Source: Candidatus Krumholzibacteriota bacterium (GTDB lineage: Bacteria; Krumholzibacteriota; Krumholzibacteriia; JAJRXK01). From it: a stretch of DNA of 64,000 bases. Position numbers and translations under genes: made by a program. Below, in pieces: positions 28,067-40,026 of the stretch (position 1 is the first letter of the stretch; every line of letters begins with the position of its first letter). The notes under the pieces are model-generated. The model ran no database searches and had not been told where the DNA came from. It saw nothing but the letters and a program-made list of their open reading frames with translations. The DNA lies in assembly GCA_963764625.1 (NCBI GenBank), contig CAVXTH010000009.1, positions 960,001-1,024,000 of the forward strand. The letters run 5' to 3'.

Positions 28067-29044
28067 ATGAAAGCCCTGATTCCCGCCGCCGGAGCCGGAA
28101 AACGATTACGTCCCCACACCATCACCGTGCCCAAGGCGCTGCTTCTCGTCGCCGGTCGGCCCATCTTGGGACACATTCTCGAGGACTTGTCCAGCGCGGG
28201 GATCGAGGAGTTCGTAATCGTGGTCGGATACCGCGGCGACGCGATCCGCGAGTACGTGCAACGCGAGTATCCTCAGCTGAACGTCGCGTACGTGGAGCAG
28301 AAGCAACGACTGGGACTGGGTCACGCGGTGGGCATGTGCAAGGACGTCATTCAGAAGGGGCCGCTTCTGACCATCCTGGGTGACACCGTGGTTCGCGCCG
28401 ACCTTCCCTCGATCATTCGCAGTCCCGAGAACATCATCGCCACCTGCGCCGTCGACGACCCCCGGCGTTTTGGCATCGTCGAGCTGGACAAGGCCAGGGT
28501 GACCCGGTTCGTGGAAAAACCGGAGAACCCCACCAGCAACCAGGCGATCGTCGGACTCTACACCTTCCAGAAGAGCGAACTCCTCTTCGACGCATTGGAT
28601 CAGATCGTCCGCGACGAGATCCGCACCAAGAACGAGTATCAGCTGACCGACGCGCTCCAGTTGCTTCTCCAGAAGGGAGAGCAGTTCTTCTCGCGCGAGA
28701 TCGACGGTTGGTACGACTGTGGCAAACCCGAGACCCTGCTCGAAACCAATCGCGTGCTCTTGGGCGATGAGGGGAGGATCTACGCCGAGGGATCGATCGT
28801 GATCAAGGAGCCGGTGGCCATTCATCCCACCGCTCGCCTTACCGGCTGCGTACTCGGACCCCACGTCACGGTGGGCCGTGACGTGGTCATCAACAGCAGC
28901 ATCGTATCCAACAGCATCATCAACGAAGGCGCTTCCATCGAGGGCGTAATCCTGGAGGGCAGTTTGGTGGGCTCGCAGGCCCGAGTGGGAGGACACGGCT
29001 CGCATTTGAACGTGGGCGACTTCTCGCAGGTGGAATTGCGTTGA
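28067..29044 (+). CDS. Sugar-1-phosphate nucleotidyltransferase with a left-handed beta-helix C-terminus
   Basis: PAAGAGKRLRPHT..PK, EKP, EYQLTDAL, WYDCG, hexapeptide tail. Confidence 0.9.
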   Translation: MKALIPAAGAGKRLRPHTITVPKALLLVAGRPILGHILEDLSSAGIEEFVIVVGYRGDAIREYVQREYPQLNVAYVEQKQRLGLGHAVGMCKDVIQKGPLLTILGDTVVRADLPSIIRSPENIIATCAVDDPRRFGIVELDKARVTRFVEKPENPTSNQAIVGLYTFQKSELLFDALDQIVRDEIRTKNEYQLTDALQLLLQKGEQFFSREIDGWYDCGKPETLLETNRVLLGDEGRIYAEGSIVIKEPVAIHPTARLTGCVLGPHVTVGRDVVINSSIVSNSIINEGASIEGVILEGSLVGSQARVGGHGSHLNVGDFSQVELR

Positions 29045-29164
29045 GAGTCGCCTTGGGTTAGCATGACTCGCTAAGGTCTCCGGAATCCAAGCGCAAGTGT
29101 CCGGAGCTCTCGGAAAATTCGCACGAAGCTCGATCTCCCCGGCAGAAACAAGGAGGGCCAGAAG

Positions 29165-30325
29165 ATGGCCGAGAAGCATCTATTCACCTCAGAGTCCGTC
29201 ACCGAGGGTCATCCAGACAAGGTCGCCGACCAAGTCTCGGACAGCGTAGTGGATGCGATTCTCGAGCAGGATCCCAATGGCCGGGTCGCCTGTGAAACCT
29301 TGGTGACGACAGGCCTCTGCCTGGTCGCGGGAGAGATCAGCACCGAGGTCTACGTGGATATTCCCGGGATCACCCGCGCCACGATTCGTTCGATCGGCTA
29401 TACCGATGCGGCCTATGGCTTCGATGCGCAGACCTGCTCGGTTCTCACCAGCATCGACGCGCAATCGCCCGACATCAAGCAGGGAGTCGATCGCGAGAAG
29501 CCGGAGGCTCAAGGTGCAGGCGACCAGGGACTCATGTTTGGCTACGCCAGTAACGAGACCGAGGAGCTCATGCCGGCCCCGATCGCTCTGGCCCACAAGA
29601 TGGCTCGCCGTCTGGCCGAGGTTCGTAAGTCGGGCATGTTCGGTTACTTGCGCCCCGACGGGAAGACCCAGGTGACGGTCGAATACGAGGATCATCGCCC
29701 GGTGCGCGTCTCTGCCGTCGTCATCTCCACTCAACACGGCGAAGCCGCCACTCTGGAGCGCATCCGCGAGGACATGATCAAGGCGGTGGCCAAGCCCACC
29801 CTCGAGGCCTCGGGATTGGACTTCGGCGCGACGAAGTTCTTCGTGAATCCGACCGGACGCTTCGTGCTCGGTGGTCCTCAGGCAGATTGCGGACTCACCG
29901 GCCGCAAGATCATCGTGGATACTTACGGGGGCATGGGACGCCACGGCGGGGGCGCGTTCAGCGGGAAGGACCCCTCCAAGGTGGATCGATCCGCTTCCTA
30001 CTGCGCCCGGCACATCGCCAAGAACCTGGTGGCGGCGGGAGCAGCCGAGAGGCTCGAGGTTCAGCTCGCCTATGCCATCGGCGTGGCCGAACCGGTTTCC
30101 GTGCGGGTCGAGAGCTTCGGCACCGCGAAAGTTCCCGACGAGCGCATGACCTCCATCGTACGCGAGCTCTGGAATCTGACCCCCAACGGGATCATCACCG
30201 GCCTGAACCTGCGGCGCGGCGGACTCTACCGCCGGACCGCGGCCTACGGGCACTTCGGTCGCGACGAAGAGGGCTTCAGCTGGGAAAAGCTGGACCGGGT
30301 GAGCGCAATCCGCAATCTGCTCTGA
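29165..30325 (+). CDS. metK: S-adenosylmethionine synthetase
   Basis: [37 protein letters not shown]. Confidence 0.98.
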   Translation: MAEKHLFTSESVTEGHPDKVADQVSDSVVDAILEQDPNGRVACETLVTTGLCLVAGEISTEVYVDIPGITRATIRSIGYTDAAYGFDAQTCSVLTSIDAQSPDIKQGVDREKPEAQGAGDQGLMFGYASNETEELMPAPIALAHKMARRLAEVRKSGMFGYLRPDGKTQVTVEYEDHRPVRVSAVVISTQHGEAATLERIREDMIKAVAKPTLEASGLDFGATKFFVNPTGRFVLGGPQADCGLTGRKIIVDTYGGMGRHGGGAFSGKDPSKVDRSASYCARHIAKNLVAAGAAERLEVQLAYAIGVAEPVSVRVESFGTAKVPDERMTSIVRELWNLTPNGIITGLNLRRGGLYRRTAAYGHFGRDEEGFSWEKLDRVSAIRNLL

Positions 30326-30328
30326 GGT

Positions 30329-31405
30329 TCAGCGGTTTGCCCGAAAGAAGAGGGTGAATCCCAGGATTCCGTACAAGATGTTGGGTCCCCAGGCCGAGAT
30401 CCACACCGGTAGCGCTCCGGTCTTTCCCAGGGAGAGCCCGAAGTCCATGAGGATCCAATAGGCGAATCCCAGCGCCACCGTCAGGCCGAAGCCCGCCCAC
30501 AGCGTGGTCTTGCGCCGTGCCGCCCCCAGCGAGAGACCGAGCACCACCATCAAGAGATTCACCATGGGGAAGGCCAGCTTGTTGGCCATGGTGGCCCGGT
30601 AGGGGGTGGGATTGCCCCCGTTGCGACCCACCCATTCCGCGAAGCGTCCCAACTGGAAGTAGTTCATGTCGGCGGGATCGATTTCGCGGCGACTGAAATC
30701 CTCCGGTTTCTCCATGGATTCCTCGATGCGATACTCCTTGAACGGTTGAACCGTCTCTTTGCCGTCCCGGAATTCACGCACCGCGCCGTTCTCCGCCACC
30801 CATTTCTGCCCGTCCCAGCGCGCGTGCTGCGCGTCGATGCGACGAACCATCACGCTGTCCGCGAAGACCTCCATTGAGAAGCCAGTGAGAGTGGGAGGGC
30901 TCGGCCGGAAGGAGGAAATGACGTAGACCTCGCCCTTCTGTCCGATGTAGGTGAAATTCCGCTTGGACATGAGGTCTTGGCGGATCTTGCCCTCGATCTC
31001 GTATTTGAGGATTTCTCGCTGCCGGCGGTTCGATTCTGGCACCACGTATTCGCGGAAGACCAGCGCGCCCATCGAGATCAAGACTCCCAGAATGAGGATG
31101 GACCGTGAGATTCGGGTCAGACTCACTCCGGCCGAAAGGAGGGAGGAGTATTCGTTGTTTTTGGAGAGGACCCCGATCGTGAAGAGACTCGCCAGGAGCA
31201 TTCCCACCGGCAGGCACAGATCGATGACCAGCGGCAACTGGTACATGTAGTAGCGAAGGATGACGATTAGACGCGCGTTGTCATCGAGGAAGTTGTCGAG
31301 ATGGTCGAAAAGATCGATCAACAGAAAGATGGCGACGAACGCAAGGATCGACCAGAAGAGCACCCGGAGGAACGCGACGAGAACGTAACGGTCGATGAGT
31401 TTCAT
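30329..31405 (-). CDS. lptG: LPS export permease, LptG-type
   Basis: MKLIDRYV, NNEYSSLLSAGVS, three TMs, periplasmic domain, three TMs; paired with an lptF-like gene. Confidence 0.85.
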   Translation of the reverse strand: MKLIDRYVLVAFLRVLFWSILAFVAIFLLIDLFDHLDNFLDDNARLIVILRYYMYQLPLVIDLCLPVGMLLASLFTIGVLSKNNEYSSLLSAGVSLTRISRSILILGVLISMGALVFREYVVPESNRRQREILKYEIEGKIRQDLMSKRNFTYIGQKGEVYVISSFRPSPPTLTGFSMEVFADSVMVRRIDAQHARWDGQKWVAENGAVREFRDGKETVQPFKEYRIEESMEKPEDFSRREIDPADMNYFQLGRFAEWVGRNGGNPTPYRATMANKLAFPMVNLLMVVLGLSLGAARRKTTLWAGFGLTVALGFAYWILMDFGLSLGKTGALPVWISAWGPNILYGILGFTLFFRANR

Positions 31406-32769
31406 GCTGTTCGCTTCCACAGTCGCTTGATCCGGGTCGGCAGGCGGAGCTCGACGATCTTCGTCTCCTGCACCGACTGATACAGAATGAGGATTCCCAA
31501 AGGACCGAGAACCAAGTTCGCCGCCCACATGGCCACCCAGGGCGAAAGGAACCCCCGGTCGGCCAGCTTCTCGCCTCCAGAGAGGAAGAGATAGTAGATG
31601 ATGTAGGCCGCGAGGCTCAGGCCGATCGAGACTCCGCGTCCTCCCCGCGAAGTCGTGACCGCCAGGGGGACACCGAGGAGAACGAATACCAGACAGGCGC
31701 CGGGAATGGCGAACTTCTTGTGATACTCCACCGCATAGCGCCCCGATCGATTGAGATGCGATCGGGAAACCTGCGACTTGACGGCCAGCGCGCGCGCCTT
31801 GCGGTCAAAATCATTGGCGAGCCGGCGGCGTTCGTCGAGCTGTGAGCCGTCCGCCCCGGGTTTCTCGACGCGTGCGTTCTGGGCGAGCCCCAGGATCGGC
31901 TCGAGCGCCTGGGCCACCAGTTCGTGCGATTCCTCGAGGGACTTCTGGTAGAGTTTGTACTCCGATCTCTGTTCGGTTTTGAGCTCTCCCAAATCCATCG
32001 AGCGGTCGTTCTTGCGCACCTGGTTCTCACCGAAGGTGAAATCATCGTTGAGTACGATCATCACTTTCTGTCTCTCGAATGCCGTTCGATGGTACAGATC
32101 CAGATCCTGACGATCGGGAAGACTGTGGTACTCCCCGCTGAAGAGATCGAGCTCGATGCGTCCAGGCGTCTTGGTCGTGAGTTGACCCCACTTCGCCACG
32201 ATGAGATCGGGGTGTGTATCGCCTCTTCCCTCGCGCTGCACGAGAATCACGTCCTCCAGTCTTCCGGTTCGGTCGTCCTTGTGACGGACGAAGATCGTGT
32301 ATTCGTCGTCGATCTTGACGAAGGCGTTCTCGCGGATCGCGAAGGTAGGCCGCTTGTGGTTAATGTCGATCAAGAGGCCGGTGAGGCGAAGGTTGGTTCG
32401 AGGCAGGACGAAGTGGTTGTAGCCCACCATCACGATGCCGGTCGAAAGTCCCACCAGAATCAGGGGCAAGGCCACTCGATAGAGGCTCACGCCCGTCGCT
32501 TTGAGGGCGGTGATCTCGCTATCGGCTGCCAGATGGCCCACCGCCATCAGAACCCCGATCAGGATGGCCATTGGTACGGTAAGTGCAAAAATATGACCCA
32601 GGCTCAGGAGCAGGACTTCGCTGGCGAGCCTCAGACTGATGCCCTTGCCGAGGAAGAGATCGACGTATTTTTGCAGAATGTCGATCATCAAAATGAAGGT
32701 GGTGACGACGAGTCCGAAGAAGAACGGCGGGATGAAGGTTCTCAGGATGTGCCGATCAATCAAGGACAT
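31402..32769 (-). CDS. lptF: LPS export permease, LptF-type
   Basis: LIDRHIL, DSEITALKATGVS, EYHKKFAIP, WAAN. Confidence 0.85.
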   Translation of the reverse strand: MSLIDRHILRTFIPPFFFGLVVTTFILMIDILQKYVDLFLGKGISLRLASEVLLLSLGHIFALTVPMAILIGVLMAVGHLAADSEITALKATGVSLYRVALPLILVGLSTGIVMVGYNHFVLPRTNLRLTGLLIDINHKRPTFAIRENAFVKIDDEYTIFVRHKDDRTGRLEDVILVQREGRGDTHPDLIVAKWGQLTTKTPGRIELDLFSGEYHSLPDRQDLDLYHRTAFERQKVMIVLNDDFTFGENQVRKNDRSMDLGELKTEQRSEYKLYQKSLEESHELVAQALEPILGLAQNARVEKPGADGSQLDERRRLANDFDRKARALAVKSQVSRSHLNRSGRYAVEYHKKFAIPGACLVFVLLGVPLAVTTSRGGRGVSIGLSLAAYIIYYLFLSGGEKLADRGFLSPWVAMWAANLVLGPLGILILYQSVQETKIVELRLPTRIKRLWKRTA

Positions 32770-33048
32770 GGGCCGTTTTCCGTCCGGGGAATGCAGTGGG
32801 GAGGGTGAGTCTATGTTGCCCTCTGAGCCACCTCAACCGATACTTGCCGCTTCTACGATCGGTTCCCACGAAGGACACGATTTCTAGGGGCAAGACAGGG
32901 ACCCTGAGCCCTCGGATGGGGCCGCGGAGCCGTCCCTCGGTGACCTCCGTGGGGGTCAGATTTTGTCCTTGAGAGGGGACAGTCGTTGGAGTATGTCCGG
33001 GGCCGGGGATGCAATCGTAGTTCCAGAAAGCTTGAGGCGGCAGCTGCT

Positions 33049-36000
33049 TTGGCCAACCCGAAACGATTGGTATTCCTCACCCTGACGCTGCTTCTCGCGC
33101 TGGGCTCGGCCAAGGCAGCCGAGTTCGGACGCCCTTCGCTCCCACGCGACCATTGGCTCTTCGATCTCATCCCCCGGGTCAGCGATAATCCCGATCTTCT
33201 GAGCGCCCACGAGGCTCTGATTCGCCAGCGAATGCTGGACATGGGGGTGGATCCCCAGGGGGAGCGCGAGAGCGTCTCGCTGTCGACTCTCCTGCGCCGC
33301 CGTTTCGCCGATGCCGCCGGAATGGAGCTCTTTCGCAAGCCGCGCGAATTGGAGGTCCTCGAGGCGGAGGACAGCATCGATCGCGTGGTGCGCTATCGCT
33401 TCCCCGAGACCTTTCTCTTCTACAGCCAGGTGGACACCAATCTGGTCGGAGTCGCGTTCGAGCTTCCCCGTCCGGTGGAAGACCCTCGAGTCGAGATCCA
33501 GATGTCGACTCTCGACGGATACATGCGCACTCTGACCACCATCGCTCTGGACGATCAGTGGCGCAAGAGTTTGACAGCCCGTGCGCTGGCGACGCAGTCC
33601 GACCAGGGCCTCTTGAACTTCACGCTGCCGATCAAGCTGCCGCGGACCCTGGAGCGGCTGATCGGCAAGGGCGAGGCCACGAACATCCGGATCAGCGGCC
33701 AGGAGCGCATCTCAATCAGCGGAACTTCGACGGTCCGGGACAACTTTCTGGGAAACGAGGTCCAGCAATCGCAGAGCCTCTTTCCCACTCTGGAGATGGA
33801 GCAGAGTCTGCGGGTGAACCTCGACGGGCAGGTGGGCGAGAAGATCAAGGTGAGGGTCAGTCACGACAGCGAGCAGTTCGGCGCGGACGCGACTCAGGTC
33901 AAACTGAGTTTCGAGGGTAACGAAGACGACATCATCCGCACCATTCGGGCTGGCGACATCGACGTCACCCTGCCGTCCTCGAGGCTTCTGGGGATCCAGG
34001 CGCAACGCGGCGGTCTCTTTGGGGTGAAAGTGGAGGGGGCCCTGGGGCCCATGGACTTCACCTTGCTCACCTCGAAAGAGCAGAGCAAACAGGGCAAGCG
34101 CTCATTTTCGGCCGCTGGAGGAACCACCCAGGAGTTCACCGTCAGCTCGGTCGACTACGTCAAAAACCGGATCTTCCGCCTTAACGCGCCCAGTGCTTTT
34201 TTCTTCCGCCAAGGCGTGCGCTTCGGTACTGCCCCGGGAGATACGATCCTCACGCCTCTGCACGACGAGAGCGCCACCTGGGATCCTTCCTGGAGGATCG
34301 ACGTGTCCACCGTCGATCTCTACGTGAGCGTTCCCATCGGGATCGTGAGCGGAGACAAAGGGGACTTGCTGGATGTCCACCCGGGCCGTGCCTACATGGA
34401 GACCAGCGGTTACTACTGGGGCTATACCGGCGGGATCCCCAACCCCGATGCCGCTCCTGACTTCGCAGGGAAGCACTAATTTCGACCCAGCTCCCCGCTG
34501 GAGGCGTCTGGCGGCCGACGAATGGCGCCCCCTGGTGGAAGCGAGCACGGGAAGCTCGGCCGGCAATCTGATTGGGGTTCTTCTCAATACCGAGCTCACG
34601 GACAACCAAGCGCTCGGGGTAACCTACGACGTGGTGGATGCGAACGGCGCGGTCGTGATGCGCGTGGGCCGGCCCTGGTTCAGCGGGAACTTCGATCCCA
34701 TTCCGGATCCCGATGACCCCACCAACCCAGACAAGAAAATCTACTACTTCAAGCTCATCAAACCGGTCTCCCCCTCGGCGCCCGACCCGACGAATCTGTC
34801 GGCCTATGGCCAGGGCTTCGATTTGAGCTGGGAGTACATGTTCCGTAATTTCTACTTCCTGCGCGGGGTGGGCATCGACCTCAACACCCTGGACGTGCAA
34901 ATACTCACCACTCTGAAACAGACCCTCAACGAGTTCGACACCGTCCCTCCGGACAGCACTCGCCACCGCTGGATCAACGTGTTCGGATTGGACGAGAAGG
35001 ACCCTCAAGGCAACATCGTGCCGGGAGGAGATGGGGTCATCGACACGGGGACGGAGGCGAACCTGGTGTTCCCCGATCTGGGGCTCCTGCAATTCCCCAA
35101 TCCAACTCCCTTCGCCCCCTATCCCGATTCCTATCTGAAGGGAAAGTACGAGGACGGCGGCAACGACGGGGTGCCGGCCCCTGACATCTACCTCAAGTCT
35201 CTGACCTCGACCGGTCAGCAAAACAACCACTTCTTCGATCTGGTGTTCCGGCACGCCTCGACTTCGTCGCGGCTTTCGCTGGGCACCATCAACATCAAGG
35301 AGAACAGCGAGCAGGTGCGCCTAGACGGTCGAATTCTCACCCGGGGGGTCGACTACGACATCGACTACTTCAGCGGGGAGATCACGCTCACCGGCGCCGC
35401 GAGCCAGCTGAACGCGCAGACCAACATCACCGTAGACTACGAGGTCGATCCCCTCTTCGGCGGAGGGCGCACCAGTCTGAACGGGATCAACCTTGGCTAT
35501 CATCTGGGACAGAACAAAACCCTCTCGAGCACCTGGCTCCTGCAGAGCAAACCCACGAGCAATCGCAAGCCGCGGTTGGGCGAGGAGCCGACAAAGAACT
35601 GGGTGGGCAATGTCTCGGCCAAGCTTCAATTCGAACCCCAGTGGCTCACCAGTATCGCGAACCTCTTGCCCATGGTCGATTCGGACACCCCCAGCCGCTT
35701 GAGCATCGACGGCGAAATGGCGGTCTCGATTCCCAATCCCAACACCAATGGCAGCGCTTACCTCGACGACTTCGAGGGGGTCGACAAGAGCGACGTGATT
35801 CCCATGGGCCGCGAGGGTTGGTGGTGGGCGAGTCTTCCCGCCGAATTCGCGAATCCCAGCGACGTCAATCGGCGCTTCAAGCCGCAGGACCGAGCCTACA
35901 TCCGCTGGTATCGGCCCACCCCCTCGGTGACCCGCGAGGATCTCAACCCCGATCTCAGCGAGCAAGAGCGACGCGACGTCGTTCCGGCCCTCAACCTGCA

Positions 36001-39000
36001 ATTGGAACCGCCCGCGGGAACCGACACCTTCGCCGACACCCTCTACACCGGGATCATGCGCGGCTACGCCTCAGACCTCGATCTCACCGAGGCGCAGTAC
36101 CTGGAGTTCTGGGTCAACGATTTCCAGAAGAACGTCGACGCCCGCGAAGGGGTGCTGCACTTCGACTTCGGCTTCATCAACGAGGATTTCTACTGGAAGA
36201 CCGTTTTCGACGAACAGCAGCAGAAGTACGTGCTCGAGAGAGGAGTCCTCGACCAGGAGGACACGGATAACGACGGACAGCTGAGCACGGACGAAGACGT
36301 CGGTCTCGACGGCATCGCCAGCGTCGATGAAGACAAGCCTCGCTCACCCTTCGAAAACGTCCTGGGACGAGCCAGCGACCCGGGCGGCGACGACTTTGAT
36401 TCGAGCCGCGAGGACGACGCGGATCCCTTCCCCCGCATCAACGGTCTCGAGTTCAACCAGCGCCTGGACAGCGAGGATCTCAATCTCAATGGCAGCCTCG
36501 ACATGGCCGACGCCTACTACACCCTGACTCTGCCCCTGAAGGATACCGATCACGTTCTGGTCGACGTGAACCGTGACTATCCCACCTTCGTTTCGAGTGA
36601 CGATCGTAAGGTCAACAACTCGTGGCGCAAGTATCGGCTCGATCTGAAGGAAATCCAGCTCAGAATGGCACACTTGGGAGAGACGGGATTTCTGACCAAG
36701 CCAGCGGACCTTTCCAAGGTGCGCTTCTTTCGGGTCTGGTACGAGGTGCCCGGCGGAAGCGCGAGCGGGCGGCGGGACCTCCAATTCGCGGAGATGCGCT
36801 TTCTCGGCAACCGCTGGATCTCCGACGGCATCCACGACTCGGACAGCCACGAGCGCCTCTCGCCCGGTCAGGAGTTGCCGGGTGAATTCAGGGTAGGGGT
36901 GCTCAATAACAAGGACAATCCGGACTACATCCCTCCCGTCTTTCCCGACACCCGCAATAACGTGGCCGAGAAGGAGCAGTCGCTCCAACTGGACTACACC
37001 AACCTCGGGCCGGGGCAGGAGATCCGGGTGCGGAAGGACGTACCGGGAAGCACGGGGCAGGACTTCAGCCAGTACAACGAGCTCAATTTCTTTTGGCGGA
37101 CACCGCTCGCGGTCCGATTGCCCGCGCAGCCCGACCCCGAGCAACAGGGCCTGGTTCCCTTCTTCTGGGTGGGAACGGACTCTCTCAACTACTACGAGAT
37201 CTCCTTCGCCTTCAACCAGGTCGAAGTGACGCCAGGCACCGGATGGGTCGAAGTGCAGATCCCCATCGACCGGATGACCAGCGCCAAGGTCGACGACAGC
37301 ATGGCGCGCGACGAGGTGCTTCCCGGCGGAGAGGTCATTCGCCGCGGAACGATCGCTGACAATCTGAGCGGGAGCGTGTACCAGCTGGTCATTCGGGGTC
37401 GTCCCGATCTGCGGCGGGTGCGGCGGTATTACGCCGGTCTCAGGTATCCGCGACAGACTGACGGCACCGGTGTGCCCAACGCGCCCTTGTTGACCGGTGA
37501 CGTCTTGTTCAACGAGTTGCGCATCCGACGGGTCAACCGGAAGACGGGCTACGCGAAACAACTCTCTCTGAGCGCCAACATTCCTGGCCTCGCGGACTTG
37601 AGCGGCTCGGTGAGCGAAACCGACGCGGAATTCCGCGGACTCAATCGAGACCGCGGGAGCGGAGCGACCGACCAGAACGCGCAGATGAGAGCCTCCTCGA
37701 AGCTGCAGAGTCTGGTTCCGACCTTCGGCTTGGATGTCCCGTTCAGTTTCAGCGCCTCCAAGCGAAAGTCGGTACCCAAGTTTTATCCGGACAACGACAT
37801 CACCCTCTTGGATCCCGTTCTTCAGGACTCACTCAGTTCGAAGGACAGCAGCGAGAGCTTCAACTTCCAGGTCCGCAAACAGGGGACGAGTCACAACAAG
37901 CTCCTCGCCTATAGCCTGGACCGTCTCTCATATTCCTACAGCGTGACCCGCAGTCGAAGGAAAAGTCCGCGGCAGAATAATCGCCGGTACAGCTCGAAGT
38001 CCCAGTACAACTACGATTTGAACTTCGCCACCCGCTCGATCCTCACCCTGCCGCTCTTGGGCTATCAGTTCCGCTATCTGCCGAATCAGATCTCCTTCGG
38101 CAGCGTCTGGTCCAAGGACGAAACCAAGATCACGAACAAGTTCGAAGACGGGTCGTTTCAGTTGACCGGAACCACCACTCGGGTGGTGACGAACAACTCC
38201 GCGATCACCTGGTCTCCCGCGCGCAACCTCCGACTTTCGTACAGCATCGCTTCGGTGCGCGATCCGCAGCGGAATCGTCTGATCGTGGATGACACAGGGG
38301 CGGTCACCAGAGAGGAGAAAGTCGCTTGGCTGGGTATCAACTGGGGCGCCGAGAACGCACACAACGAACGCTTCAGCGCCAACTACACTCCGCTGCTGCC
38401 GGGGATCGCCTGGTTGAAACCAGACATCGCATTCACCGGAGGGTACAGCGAGAACCGGGCGATTTCGGTGAGGCGGACTCGCACGGAGACGCGCCTGAAC
38501 CCGCAGACGGGCGAAGAAGAACAGGTCACCGTCTATCTCGACCCCGAGAACGTCCGGAACGTGAGCAATTCCGGAGACATGACGGTGCGAGGGGAGCTCG
38601 GCCTGAGCCGGGTCTTCCAGCGGATTCTCGGCCGCAGGGGAAACTCCAGCCCGGCGTCGGCCCGCAACGCAGCCCGAGAGAGACAGGCCCGCGAGCAGGC
38701 GGCGCAAAACCAGCGGCAAAGTCCCCCGGCGGCCGGGCCTGCCCCCGGCCCGAAACCCATGCCGCCCCCTCCGGCGCCGGCCACCACCCCCGCGGATAGT
38801 CTGCCCGCCGCGGCCCAGCCGGACTCCACCCAGCTGGGAGGGTTTCCTCTGCTCCCCGGCGTGATGCCTCCGGCGAAAGGCGGAGCGACCCCTCTGCCCG
38901 GGCCGTCCGCGAGCCCGGCGATCCCCGACTCGGTGGCACCGCCACCCCAGGGGGCGCCCAGCGCGGGCGAGAAACCAGTGGAGGCGGGCGCGAAGCCTCC

Positions 39001-40015
39001 AGGGACGCAGGGCGAGGAAGAGCCGTCCGAGACGCAGCGCCTGGATCCCGTCGCGGCTCTGGGGGCTCTCTTCAGCCCGTTCACGACCGCGCTGCGGGAG
39101 ATCCAGCCGTTTCGGCTCAGCTACAACGTGCGCCGCCAGAACAGCTATCAACACGCCACGGACCGCGCCCATCTGGGCTACCGTCTGGGAATCGAGAACC
39201 GTCCCGGGGTTCCCGGTGCCGGCACCCAGTACGATGCAGCGGGAAACCCGGTCAATCAGGACTTCAGCTCCTACGTTCAAACCCAAAGAAACCGATTCAG
39301 CGTGAGCACCCAGACCAAACTGAGTCAGAGCATCCGCATGGATCTCTCCTACACGCGCGATTGGGACACCCGGATAGGCAATCTGCAGAGCGCTCTGGAG
39401 AATTCGAACCAGGAGTGGCCGGTGGTGACCCTGAAGATCCAAAACGTGCATCAGTGGCGGATCTTCGGCAATTCGATGACGAATTCTTCCATCGATTTCA
39501 CCTACCGTAGCACCCAGAGCCTGACCGGGGTGAGCACGTCCAATGCGGGAACCCCGCGCCGTACGAAGAGCATCCAGCCGCGCTGGAACGTCCGCTTCAA
39601 GAACGATGTGTCGGCCAACGTAAACGTGAACGTCACCCAGGACGTCACCCAGTCGGCGGGCAAGGACAATGTGTCCAAGCGTATCGGAGTCAACATGCAG
39701 TTCTCCAAAAGCTTCGACGCCAATGGAACGCTCAAATTTCTTCGCTTCGGGAAGAAGGGCACCGGCTCGACGATCGACATGACGATCGATCTTGCTTTCG
39801 ATCAGAGGAGCTCTTTGCGTAAACTGGAGGACAACCGTGAGGACCAGGTGAGCGGAACTCGAAACTGGAGTGTCGGGCCTCGCTTCAACTACCAGTTCAG
39901 TCGAGCGCTGAATGCCGGCATGAATCTGGGATTCTCCAAGACGAAGGATCTGGGCAACACGAGAAACGGCTCCACTAGCTTCAGTCTCGGATTCACCGCC
40001 ACCTTCACCTTCTAG
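33049..40015 (+). CDS. sprA: SprA/Sov-type type IX secretion outer-membrane translocon (~2300 aa; frameshift near 34469)
   Basis: Signal peptide; VNLDGQVGEKIKV, FEGNEDDIIRTI.AGDI, GLFGVK; GVDYDIDYFSG, KPRLGEEP, YLDDFEG, YLEFW, EDLNLNGSLD, NELR motifs; beta-strand C-terminus ending in Phe. Confidence 0.88.
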
Positions 40016-40026
40016 CCGGGGGACCC

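Noticed and set aside
29045-29164. SAM riboswitch upstream of metK
   Set aside because: Only short hairpins; no recognisable SAM-I, SAM-II or SMK core.
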